Below, one piece after another: positions 30,414 through 39,416 of a stretch of DNA of 39,911 nucleotides (the first letter of the stretch is position 1; each line of letters begins with the position of its first letter). A program made the translations under genes and the position numbers. Source of the stretch: an uncultured Muribaculaceae bacterium (GTDB lineage: Bacteria > Bacillota_I > Bacilli_A > RF39 > UBA660); contig CAYWED010000003.1 of assembly GCA_964457135.1 (NCBI GenBank), positions 1 through 39,911 on the forward strand, in the 5' to 3' direction. The notes under the pieces are model-generated. The model was not told the origin of the DNA. It saw only the letters and a list, made by a program, of their open reading frames with translations, and did not search any database.

Positions 30414-30446
30414 AAAGAGAGACGGCTTTGATTGTCTCTCTTTTAT
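30414..30446. terminator. Bidirectional terminator between the repeat peptide gene and deoB
   Basis: AAAGAGAGAC...GTCTCTCTTT inverted repeat. Confidence 0.75.
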
Positions 30447-31600
30447 TTTAATATATCCATATAACTTTTACCAATATTAAGTTTATTTTCAATACCAAAG
30501 TTATCTATGATAGTAGCGCCTATATCAGCAAATGTGTGTCTTATAGGTAATTTTCCATAATATTTAAACATTCTTGAATAGAATATTACTGGTACATTTT
30601 CTCTAGTGTGGTCAGTTCCCTTAAATGTTGGGTCGTTTCCGTGGTCTGCTGTAAATATTACTAAGTCGTCATCTCTTAATTTATTAATGAATATTGGTAA
30701 ATAATGGTCTAGTTCTTCTAGACATTTTAAATATCCATCTTTATTTCTTCTGTGTCCATATTGTGAGTCAAAATCATTTAAATTAAGGAAACATAGACCA
30801 TTAAAATCACCTCTAGCAAAGTCTATTAGTTTCATAAGACCATCTATATTATTAGTTGTTTTAATTCCAGTTGTTATACTTTTATCAGCAAATATATCTT
30901 TTATTTTTCCTAGGGCTATTACATCTAAGCCTTGGTTATAAATTAAGTCCATAAAGTTTAAAGGTGGAATTTTAGCATAATCGTGTCTTCTAGGAGTTCT
31001 TGTGAATTCTCCTGGTTTTCCTGTAAATGGACGGGCTATTACTCTACCTATGTTATAGTCTTCATTAAAAACTAATTTACTTATTTTTTCACATATATTG
31101 TATAATTCTTCTACTGGAATAATACTTTCATGAGCGGCAACTTGTAAAACTGAATCAGCACTTGTATATATAATTAATGCACCTGTTTTCATATGCATTT
31201 CTCCAAGCTCTTTTATTATTTCTGTACCTGATGCAACACAGTTTCCTATTACTTCCCTACCAGTAATTCTTTGTATTTCACTAATTAATATGATTGGGAA
31301 TCCTTCTGGATATGTTTTAAATGGTTTATCTAAAATTACTCCCATCATTTCATAGTGTCCATTTAATGTGTCTTTTGCTTTGTTAGCTGGCTCGATTATC
31401 CCATGATAACCAAGTGAAAATTTTTCATCTTTTCCTGCTATATCTAAAAGTCCTAGTTTTTTAAATACAGGCAAATGATATAGCTCGTGGTCTAGTACGT
31501 GTCCTAAAGTTGAAGCCCCAGCATCTCCATAAATTTCTGCATCTTTTGCTTCCCCTGCTCCTACGCTATCCATTACTATTAAAAATACTCTTTTAAACAT
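30443..31600 (-). CDS. deoB: Phosphopentomutase
   Basis: RVFLIVMDSVG, KDT..GH.E, YTSADSVLQVAAHE, RVIARPF, DFDSQYGHRR, TADHGNDPT..GTDHTRE. Confidence 0.97.
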   Translation of the reverse strand: MFKRVFLIVMDSVGAGEAKDAEIYGDAGASTLGHVLDHELYHLPVFKKLGLLDIAGKDEKFSLGYHGIIEPANKAKDTLNGHYEMMGVILDKPFKTYPEGFPIILISEIQRITGREVIGNCVASGTEIIKELGEMHMKTGALIIYTSADSVLQVAAHESIIPVEELYNICEKISKLVFNEDYNIGRVIARPFTGKPGEFTRTPRRHDYAKIPPLNFMDLIYNQGLDVIALGKIKDIFADKSITTGIKTTNNIDGLMKLIDFARGDFNGLCFLNLNDFDSQYGHRRNKDGYLKCLEELDHYLPIFINKLRDDDLVIFTADHGNDPTFKGTDHTRENVPVIFYSRMFKYYGKLPIRHTFADIGATIIDNFGIENKLNIGKSYMDILK

Positions 31601-31611
31601 AATATCACCTC

Positions 31612-32631
31612 TTAAAAAATTCCTGCTTCAGATAAACTTGATAAAAAGTCATCTATTTCTTCTAGTTTTGGACTTACTATAATTTTTATTTTTATTTTAT
31701 CTTCTAATTCTTGTAATAATGCTTTAGTTTCTTCATCACGGACATATATCTTTTTAGGTAGTCCTGTGTTTAAAATACGATTTACTAATAAATTCATAGA
31801 TTCAGATATATATTCTAATTCATTTTTGTATTTGTTTTTATCTATAAGTTCAGGTGGGCTCACAAAAGATAAGTTTTTAGTAACTAAATATCTTACTCTA
31901 GGATAGTAGTATCTACCATCACTTTCTTTATTTTCTATTATTCTAATTGGAATATAGTTTAAAAAGTCATACTCTAATTCTATATTTTTTTTAGGTAGTT
32001 GTTTTAATTTTTTTTCTAAATCTTTTGGTAATTCGATTGTACCTAATTCTTTTTCTGGTATCATTAATTTGTTAATTTCATTTATATATTTGTGACTTTC
32101 TTTATCATAAAATCTAGCTAATGTTTCTCCTAACATAAATTTTGGATTTACATTATTCTCTATTATTTCTTTATATAACATATAAAATTCATTTAATGTT
32201 TTTATAAGAATTCTCACTTGTTCTATATTAATTTTGCATGGCTCATATCCTTTTTCAAAGCTTTCAAAGGAAATCCAAGTACCTCTAAATTTAAGACCTA
32301 ATTCTTTAATTATTTTTCTATTTTCTGGAAGAGTATCTTCTCTACTTATAAAATCACATATTAAACAATCTTGATAATTAAGTACTGCATGAAATGGATA
32401 TTCATTATTCGCTAATTCTAAATACTTATGAATTTGTTTACCTTTATATACTGAGACAGCTTTGTGCAAACCATGTAGTCCCATTGTACAACAATAATAT
32501 ATTTCTTTAGTATCTACATCCAAATATGTTAAAATGTCTTGGTCAGATAGATACTTCCAAGGCTCTAGTTCTTGTATTTTTTTTGCAATTTCATATAATT
32601 CTAACCATAATTTTTTATCTTTTTCTTTCAT
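31612..32631 (-). CDS. Conserved hypothetical protein
   Basis: 339-aa ORF with W.ELY..A......PW and CC.MG motifs, in operon with xerD/deoB. Confidence 0.7.
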   Translation of the reverse strand: MKEKDKKLWLELYEIAKKIQELEPWKYLSDQDILTYLDVDTKEIYYCCTMGLHGLHKAVSVYKGKQIHKYLELANNEYPFHAVLNYQDCLICDFISREDTLPENRKIIKELGLKFRGTWISFESFEKGYEPCKINIEQVRILIKTLNEFYMLYKEIIENNVNPKFMLGETLARFYDKESHKYINEINKLMIPEKELGTIELPKDLEKKLKQLPKKNIELEYDFLNYIPIRIIENKESDGRYYYPRVRYLVTKNLSFVSPPELIDKNKYKNELEYISESMNLLVNRILNTGLPKKIYVRDEETKALLQELEDKIKIKIIVSPKLEEIDDFLSSLSEAGIF

Positions 32632-32634
32632 TAA

Positions 32635-33114
32635 TTATCCCTCTATTTCTAAATTATTTTCTTTACACCACTCTAATGCGATTTTTTTTAATTCTTTATC
32701 GTAAAATTTATAGTATTCATCTTCTATACCTAAATCATATAATTTATTTTTAAATAATCTATACATTCCTTTTCTATTTAAACAATTATATAGCTCTTGT
32801 TTATGATGTTCATTTTTTAATGCATCAATAAATGAGAACATAATGTCTTTATCTCTTATTTCATAATTATTTGGTAATCTTATATAATTTTCTTCTTCAT
32901 TATATAATAAATTATATACTTCTTTTAGATGTTCTTTATACCAATCAGGTTCACGATTAATAATATCTTCAAAATTTTCACTTTCTGCGTACATTATATC
33001 ATCATCACTAACATTTAATATTTCTCCACTTTTAGTATTATAATATGAAGTCATGTAATTAAATCTCATTTGTAATTCATCTATAATTTTTTCAATATTA
33101 ACTTTATTTTTCAT
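32635..33114 (-). CDS. UPF0158 family protein
   Basis: YYN..SGEI, YIRLP, IM..FI, KG.YR.FK..L, W C-terminus; ATG at 33114 right after the xerD stop. Confidence 0.75.
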   Translation of the reverse strand: MKNKVNIEKIIDELQMRFNYMTSYYNTKSGEILNVSDDDIMYAESENFEDIINREPDWYKEHLKEVYNLLYNEEENYIRLPNNYEIRDKDIMFSFIDALKNEHHKQELYNCLNRKGMYRLFKNKLYDLGIEDEYYKFYDKELKKIALEWCKENNLEIEG

Positions 33115-33115
33115 T

Positions 33116-33991
33116 TTACTCCTTTTTAGCTCTTGGATGAAAGGCATCATAATTTTCTCTTAATATGTCATTAACTACATGAGTATATATATTAGTAGTC
33201 GATATATTTTCATGGCCTAACATTTCTTGTATGCTTCTTAAGTCTGCTCCACCTTCTAATAGATGTGTTGCAAAACTGTGTCTTAATACATGAGGTGTTA
33301 ATTCTTTTTTTATACCTGTTTTTATTTTTATATTTTCAAGTATAAAGTTAAATCCATGTCTTGTTATTGGTTTACCATGATTATTTAGGAATAGTTCATT
33401 GTAATTTTGTTTTTTTAGTAAGTCATTTCTATAATTTTCTATATATATTTTTAAATAATAAGAAGCAGTTTCACCTATTGGGACTATTCTATCTTTTTTT
33501 CCTTTTCCTTTGACTCTTATTATAGCATTGTATAAGTCAACATTAGAGTATTCTAGACTTACTAATTCACTTACTCTAAGGCCAGTTGCATACATCACTT
33601 CAAGCATTGCTTTATTTCTATAATCAAATGGTGTTGTTAGAGGAAAATTAAGTAACTTTTCTACTTCTTCAATACTTAAGTATTTAGGTAAGCTCTTTTC
33701 AGTTTTCATAGCAGTTACGTTTTCTAGAGGATTTATTTCGATTAGTCCTTCTTCTAACATGAATTTATAAAATCCTTTTAAGGAAGAGATGTGTCTATTG
33801 ATGCTTTTAGGATTTAGAGATTCTCTTAAAGATATGATATATTTTACTATGTCTGACTCTTTAACACTTAATAAATCTTTAGATATAAAATTTTTAAAGT
33901 GAGTTAAATCTTGTGTGTAACTGTCTATGCTTGCATCGCCTAGTTTTTTTTCTGTTTTTAAAAATATATAATATTTGTCTAAATAATTCAT
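33116..33991 (-). CDS. xerD: Site-specific tyrosine recombinase XerD
   Basis: YATGLRVSEL, GKGKKDRIVP, TPHVLRHSFATHLLEGGADLRSIQEMLGH, TT.IYTHV, HPRA; upstream of deoB as in Bacillus ripX-drm. Confidence 0.9.
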   Translation of the reverse strand: MNYLDKYYIFLKTEKKLGDASIDSYTQDLTHFKNFISKDLLSVKESDIVKYIISLRESLNPKSINRHISSLKGFYKFMLEEGLIEINPLENVTAMKTEKSLPKYLSIEEVEKLLNFPLTTPFDYRNKAMLEVMYATGLRVSELVSLEYSNVDLYNAIIRVKGKGKKDRIVPIGETASYYLKIYIENYRNDLLKKQNYNELFLNNHGKPITRHGFNFILENIKIKTGIKKELTPHVLRHSFATHLLEGGADLRSIQEMLGHENISTTNIYTHVVNDILRENYDAFHPRAKKE

Positions 33992-34066
33992 CTATCCTCA
34001 CGAGTATAATTATCTCACAAAATAAAGGTTTCTACAATTAGTTAAGTGATTTTTGTTTGTTATCTT

Positions 34067-34227
34067 ACTTCTAAAAGTAATGGGCACTTTTAAAAATAAG
34101 TTTCCATTACTTTTAGAAAAGTTAAAAAAATTGAAAAAATCGATGAATCAAATTATCATCGATTTTTCTTTCCATTACTTTTAGACTATATTTACTAAGT
34201 TTTCTAGTGTCCATTACTTTTAGAAGT
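34067..34227. mobile_element. MITE/IS-end remnant, 161 bp
   Basis: Terminal inverted repeats ACTTCTAAAAGTAATGG(G/A)CACT (21/22 match); TCCATTACTTTTAGA at 34103, 34171 and 34210; truncates the adjacent ORF. Confidence 0.75.
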
Positions 34228-34285
34228 CACCATATATATTTTCAGTATATTCTAACTTAAATTCTATATTCTCGTTTTCTATCAT
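34220..34285 (-). pseudogene. 5' fragment of Schlafen/AlbA_2 gene
   Basis: RBS GAGGTGAGG; MIENENIEFKLEYTENIY (E.E..EFK AlbA_2 start) running into the MITE. Confidence 0.7.
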
Positions 34286-34349
34286 TTGCCTCACCTCTAT
34301 TAAATATTATACTACAATAATTTTATTTTTGTTAAATTATCGTTCAATC

Positions 34350-34437
34350 GTTCAATAAGTAATATTTTACTAGTAATACATTCTATATAATTTACTGTTG
34401 GTGTAAAAAAGCTACCAATATATACTATGGTAACTTT
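34350..34437 (-). repeat. 88-bp repeat copy B
   Basis: Reverse complement of 14829-14916 with one mismatch. Confidence 0.95.
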
Positions 34438-34459
34438 AACTAAATATTATAAATTCTTT

Positions 34460-34552
34460 TTAAGCAAATACCTGTACCCAATAATATTTATTATTAAACT
34501 TAATAACACCTACTCCAAGTTTAGTGTAAGAAGAACCTACCATATTCTTTCT
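34460..34552 (-). pseudogene. C-terminal remnant of CAP/SCP domain protein
   Basis: RKNMVGSSYTKLGVGVIKFNNKYYWVQVFA* matches the CAP (H)RxNh...Y..hGVG...YWxQxF signature. Confidence 0.7.
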
Positions 34553-34553
34553 A

Positions 34554-34781
34554 TTAATTAGCTGCATCTTCTGTCTTAAAGTCTTCTAATTTCCCGTTTT
34601 CGGTTACTATCTTATTTACTGTCTCAGTAGCATTTGCTAACTTTTCTTCACAAAACTTTACTAATTTCATTGCTTCTGTATATTTGTTAACCATCTCATC
34701 TAGTGGTACCTCTCCACCTTCTAAATCTCTTATTATATCTTCTAATTTTAATAAAGATGTCTCAAATGTTTCTTCTTTCAT
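34554..34781 (-). CDS. xseB: Exodeoxyribonuclease VII small subunit
   Basis: FE..L.KLE.I...LE.GEVPLDE...Y....L...C...L; downstream of xseA. Confidence 0.93.
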   Translation of the reverse strand: MKEETFETSLLKLEDIIRDLEGGEVPLDEMVNKYTEAMKLVKFCEEKLANATETVNKIVTENGKLEDFKTEDAAN

Positions 34782-34782
34782 C

Positions 34783-36045
34783 TTATTTTACCTCCTCAAT
34801 TTTACTTATTAATTCCCCGTCTCTTAATCTTGTAACTAATTTATCATTCACTTTTATATCCTTAGCGCTTTTAACTATTTTACCATCAATTAATGTAATA
34901 CTATATCCTTTCTTCAAAACATTCTCAGGATTAAGTAAATCTAATTTAATTTTAATACTCTCTAATTTATTTTTTCTTTTATCTAAGTCATGCCTAATAT
35001 TAATTTCCAACTTATCTTTTAAATTTCCAAGTTTAGGTTTTTCTCTTTCTACTCTAACCTTCATACTACTTATTAATTTTTCAATTATATTATCAAGTCT
35101 TTGTTCTTCAGCATGATATAAATTAAGTGGATTTTTTAAAACATAATTATTCTTGCATTTCTTAACTATCTCTTCATAATTTGATATCTTTTTAGTTATA
35201 ACACTTACTATTCTAGACTTATAATCACTTAAATACCTTATGATTTCTAACTTACTAGGGACTACTAACTCAGCTGCTCCTGTTGGTGTAGGGGCTCTTA
35301 AATCTGCTACAAAATCACTTATAGTAAAGTCGATTTCATGACCTACTGCACTAACAATAGGTTTAGGACAGTTGTATATTGCACGAGCAACGACTTCTTC
35401 ATTAAATGCCCATAAGTCTTCAATAGACCCGCCACCTCTTCCAATAATAATAACGTCCACATCACTTTTACCAGCAAGCTCTAGCATTCTTACTAAATTT
35501 TCTTTAGCCCCACTACCTTGTACTAAACTAGGAAACAAAGTAATTTCTGTTAATGGAAATCTTCTATTTATAGTACTTATTATGTCTTTAACAGCTGCTC
35601 CAGTAGGCGCGGTTATTACGCCGACTTTTTTAGGTATTCTAGGCAATTTCTTTTTATGGACTTCATCAAATAAGCCTTCGTTAGATAACTTTTTCTTTAA
35701 CTCTTCAAATAAAATATACAAGTTACCAATACCATCTTCTCTCATACTTTCAACTGTTACTTGATAACTTCCACCATTTACATAAACAGAAATTCGTCCC
35801 TTAACTTCAACATTCATACCGTCTTTTGGTGTAAAAGCAAGTCCTGCACTTTTATAATTAAACATAACAGCATTAATCTTACTATTTTCATCCTTTAAAC
35901 TAAAATATAAGTGTCCTCTAGTATGAAACTTTAAATTACTAATCTCTCCCTTAATACAAACATATGATAAAAATGTATCTCTATCTATTACACTCTTAAT
36001 ATATGTATTAACATCACTTACACTTAAATATATTTCTTCTCTCAT
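34783..36045 (-). CDS. xseA: Exodeoxyribonuclease VII large subunit
   Basis: GEISN, GHLYFSLKD, RGGGSIEDLWAFNEE, SAVGHEIDFT, RAPTPTGAAE. Confidence 0.97.
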   Translation of the reverse strand: MREEIYLSVSDVNTYIKSVIDRDTFLSYVCIKGEISNLKFHTRGHLYFSLKDENSKINAVMFNYKSAGLAFTPKDGMNVEVKGRISVYVNGGSYQVTVESMREDGIGNLYILFEELKKKLSNEGLFDEVHKKKLPRIPKKVGVITAPTGAAVKDIISTINRRFPLTEITLFPSLVQGSGAKENLVRMLELAGKSDVDVIIIGRGGGSIEDLWAFNEEVVARAIYNCPKPIVSAVGHEIDFTISDFVADLRAPTPTGAAELVVPSKLEIIRYLSDYKSRIVSVITKKISNYEEIVKKCKNNYVLKNPLNLYHAEEQRLDNIIEKLISSMKVRVEREKPKLGNLKDKLEINIRHDLDKRKNKLESIKIKLDLLNPENVLKKGYSITLIDGKIVKSAKDIKVNDKLVTRLRDGELISKIEEVK

Positions 36046-36464
36046 TCACTAACCTCATTATTAAGAATTTCATCTAAAACAGCATTAAGCATCTTAGCAA
36101 CTTTCTCATCACTAAACTTTTTAGCAAGTTCTACTCCTTCATTTATACTAACTATCTTAGGAGTATCTGTGTACATTAACTCGTATGTACTCATTCTATA
36201 TATTGCAGCATCTACTGTTCCCAAACGGCTTACTGTCCAATCTTTCATATATTTATTGATTAAAGCGTCTATTTCATTTTCTTTTTCTATTACACCCATT
36301 ACAATTTTTCTAACAAAAGAATTCCCTGATTTATCACTTTCTCTTATTACCTTTTCTATATCATAATCTATATTATCTTTTCTATATAAATTAACTTGAT
36401 ATAAAATAGTCATAATCTTTTCTCTTAATTCGCTCCTAGTTACTTTCATATACTCCTCACTCAT
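36042..36464 (-). CDS. nusB: Transcription antitermination factor NusB
   Basis: R...RE.....LYQ, W...RL..VD.AI.R, P..VSINE.VELAKKFS, NAVLD. Confidence 0.93.
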   Translation of the reverse strand: MSEEYMKVTRSELREKIMTILYQVNLYRKDNIDYDIEKVIRESDKSGNSFVRKIVMGVIEKENEIDALINKYMKDWTVSRLGTVDAAIYRMSTYELMYTDTPKIVSINEGVELAKKFSDEKVAKMLNAVLDEILNNEVSE

Positions 36465-36591
36465 TTCTTAATTAATTATAACAAACACCAAACAAAAATA
36501 CCACTCTTTAATGGTATTTATTTCTTTAAAATGAGTCTTAATTCTAAAGTTTGAATATAATCTTCACTTATTTTAATTTTCATAATACCCC

Positions 36592-37599
36592 TCAAATATT
36601 TTCTAAATCTTCAAGCACTTGTTCAAAAGTCTTTGCTTCAATTAATTTTATATCATACTTTTCTTTTTCTTTTATTTCAAGAGCCTCTTGATAATTATCA
36701 GTTGGCACTATAAAAACATCTGCTTTCTTTTTAACAGCCCCTGCTAACTTATATTTTACTCCTCCAATTTCTCCTACAGTCCCATCTAAATTAATTGTCC
36801 CTGTACCAGCTATTGTAAGACCTTTAGTTATATCACTTGGAACTATACTATTATATATTTGTAATGTACTCATAAGCCCTCCACTAGCTCCACTTTCATT
36901 ACCTTTATAATTAAATTCAATATTCTTTTCAGTCTTAACTTTAATAACATTAGTTAAATAAAGCCCTATTATTTTTCTACCATCGCTTTCATATATAATT
37001 CCTTTTTTTTCTTGCTTTTTACCATTTCTCTCTATAGTAAAAGTTACACTGTCTCCTACATTTTTAACATCTAATATATTAGATAAATCTTCAGTTTTAG
37101 TAATGTCAGTATCTTCTACTTTTCTAATAACATCTCCAACTTTTAAATTAGTTTTAGCCTCGTCAAATACATAATAAACAGTCAAATCATTTTGAACTAT
37201 TTCAAATGGAAGATTAGCCTTATTAAAAGCAACTGCTATTGCATTTTCATTAACACTTTCTAAATCAATTTTACCTCTAGCAAGTATTTCTTCATAATCT
37301 TCATTTTCTATTCTTTGTTCATCTAAACTAACTAAATCCCAAGAAGGAAATATATAACTAAGTAATATAAATGGAATAGTACCTTTTTTAGCACTTACAT
37401 ATGTCAAATTAAATGAACCCTTACTTTCATAAGCCCCATCTATTTCAATTCTTTTATCTAAATTGCTAAGTCCCCCAGGAGTATATATTTCATAATCTAA
37501 ACTCACAGTAAATAAAGCTAAAATAACAGCATATACTAACAAAAACTTATAATTTTCTTTTATAAATTTCTTAATTTTCTCATATAATTTACTAGTCAT
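36592..37599 (-). CDS. ylbL: PDZ/Lon-like (S16) protease YlbL
   Basis: N-terminal TM, PGG, GSF.LT.V, PDZ, GASGGLM, IAGTGTI..DG.VG.IGGV..K. Confidence 0.88.
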   Translation of the reverse strand: MTSKLYEKIKKFIKENYKFLLVYAVILALFTVSLDYEIYTPGGLSNLDKRIEIDGAYESKGSFNLTYVSAKKGTIPFILLSYIFPSWDLVSLDEQRIENEDYEEILARGKIDLESVNENAIAVAFNKANLPFEIVQNDLTVYYVFDEAKTNLKVGDVIRKVEDTDITKTEDLSNILDVKNVGDSVTFTIERNGKKQEKKGIIYESDGRKIIGLYLTNVIKVKTEKNIEFNYKGNESGASGGLMSTLQIYNSIVPSDITKGLTIAGTGTINLDGTVGEIGGVKYKLAGAVKKKADVFIVPTDNYQEALEIKEKEKYDIKLIEAKTFEQVLEDLENI

Positions 37600-37646
37600 C
37601 TAATGTACCTCACTAATAACTATTATAACATAAGGAACGTGTTTTT

Positions 37647-38543
37647 ATGATTAAAAATATATACAAATTAATTCTTTTTTTATTTTTCACTTTAATTCTA
37701 TACACATTTATTACTACTCCCAATATCGTCATATCATCAGTTAACTACAGTGTCAAAGTTTTTTTAGAAAACATCGTCCCTAGTTTATTTCCATTTTTTA
37801 TATTAGCAGACTTTCTTATTAATTATAATTATGTATATTACTTAAATAAATTATTTAAATTTAAATATAGTTATCTAATACTTTTATCCCTATTTTCAGG
37901 TCTACCTAGTAATGCTAAATATATTAATGAATTACTAAATAATAATAAAATTTCTACTAAAGATGCCGAAATTATGTTATCTGTTACTTTCTTTCCTAAT
38001 CCTATGTTTGTTATAGGTAGTATAGGCTCTCTTATGCTAGGTAATACAAAATTAGGAATTATTATTCTAATAAATATTTATATTACTAATTTAATCATGT
38101 ATTTATTCTATTATAAAAAATTAAATGTTACAGATTCTTCTATTACATCACATAAAGAAAACTTCTCATCTCTCCTAAAAAAATCCATCATTAATAATGC
38201 AAAAACACTTTTAGTGATTCTAGGCACTATTGTCATTTTTACAACACTTTCAAATATTTTATTTAACTTCTTTAATCTTCCAGATACAATAGAAGCAATC
38301 ATAACAGGAACATTTGAAATGACTAGTGGAATTAAAAAAATGAGTTTACTAACAACTAGTACAAACTCAAAGTTAATTTTAATTTCACTCACATTAATCT
38401 TTTCAGGAATTTCTGTACTTTGTCAAGCATTTAGTATATTAAGTGAACACAAATTAAATATTAAATTTATTTTAAAAAATAAGCTTATATTACTAATGAT
38501 TAACTTTATCATCAACTATCTCTATATTATATTCTGGATTTGA
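37647..38543 (+). CDS. ylbJ: Sporulation integral membrane protein YlbJ-like
   Basis: IVPSLFPFFIL, SGLPSNA, NPMFVIG, EMTSG, FSG.S...Q; divergent from ylbL as in Bacillus. Confidence 0.8.
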   Translation: MIKNIYKLILFLFFTLILYTFITTPNIVISSVNYSVKVFLENIVPSLFPFFILADFLINYNYVYYLNKLFKFKYSYLILLSLFSGLPSNAKYINELLNNNKISTKDAEIMLSVTFFPNPMFVIGSIGSLMLGNTKLGIIILINIYITNLIMYLFYYKKLNVTDSSITSHKENFSSLLKKSIINNAKTLLVILGTIVIFTTLSNILFNFFNLPDTIEAIITGTFEMTSGIKKMSLLTTSTNSKLILISLTLIFSGISVLCQAFSILSEHKLNIKFILKNKLILLMINFIINYLYIIFWI

Positions 38544-38954
38544 TGATACACTAATCTTAATCACTGTTACTAAATCATTTTCAATCTTACTTAAACTATA
38601 AGTATATCCTTCCGGCAAACGTCTTGTTAAATCTACTTTTCCATCAGTTTCATTCTTATAAGTTACTATTCTCCCTTCACCACTAATCTCTATAGTTTTA
38701 GTTTTATCATTTCCTAAAACCAATGTACATTTAGAACTAGTACATATAGAAGAACTAATTCCTTCACTTTTTTTAATATCTTCATTTAAACTCCTAGCAA
38801 TAATAGTTTTATTTAAAAGTAAATCAGTAGTCATACTAATACTATCCTCATTTCTTCTTATATCACTAATAAACCTTAGCATAAAAACCATTACTAAAGA
38901 CAAAAGAGCTACACTAATTGTTACTTCTACTAAAGTAAAACCTTTCTTATTCAT
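38493..38954 (-). CDS. Type IV/ComG-like pilin
   Basis: Class III signal MNKKG|FTLVE plus hydrophobic helix. Confidence 0.85.
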   Translation of the reverse strand: MNKKGFTLVEVTISVALLSLVMVFMLRFISDIRRNEDSISMTTDLLLNKTIIARSLNEDIKKSEGISSSICTSSKCTLVLGNDKTKTIEISGEGRIVTYKNETDGKVDLTRRLPEGYTYSLSKIENDLVTVIKISVSSNPEYNIEIVDDKVNH

Positions 38955-38963
38955 TTGTCCCTC

Positions 38964-39416
38964 CTATATATCTAAAGATGCATAATAGTTTTTATCTTTA
39001 TATTTATAATTAACTATTATATATCTTCTATTATTATTTTTATTAATAGTTTTTAAATATTCTCTCATAGTATTAGGAATTGTATTAGTATTAGATAACA
39101 AATAATTTAAAGACCCTAAATTAATATAAATACTCTCTACTTTCAAAGAATCTAATAAAGTAGTGCAACTATCACCCATATAAGTTGAACAATTAGACTT
39201 ATTTATTTCTACAAAAGAACTTCCACTTATCTTACTCACATCAACATAATTTCTTATTATATCAGTCTTATATAAATCACTTATATTATCATAATACTTT
39301 CTATTTTCTATATCTGAAGAAATTTTAATATACATTCTAAACATACTAACAACACTTACAAGTAAAACTGTAAGAACAATTAAAGTCTCTAAAAAAACAA
39401 ATCCATTCTTCTTCAT
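38964..39416 (-). CDS. Type IV/ComG-like pilin
   Basis: MKKNG|FVFLE plus hydrophobic helix. Confidence 0.85.
   Translation of the reverse strand: MKKNGFVFLETLIVLTVLLVSVVSMFRMYIKISSDIENRKYYDNISDLYKTDIIRNYVDVSKISGSSFVEINKSNCSTYMGDSCTTLLDSLKVESIYINLGSLNYLLSNTNTIPNTMREYLKTINKNNNRRYIIVNYKYKDKNYYASLDI

Noticed and set aside
33116-33991. Integron or prophage integrase next to the cassette-like region
   Set aside because: XerD signatures (HPRA end) and ripX-drm synteny indicate the housekeeping XerD; no IntI insertion seen
850-38392. Short antisense or nested ORFs from the ORF track (e.g. 1536-1916, 2531-2938, 9351-9752, 11589-12029, 34703-35116, 35372-35764)
   Set aside because: Shadows of well-supported genes on the other strand; no RBS or motifs
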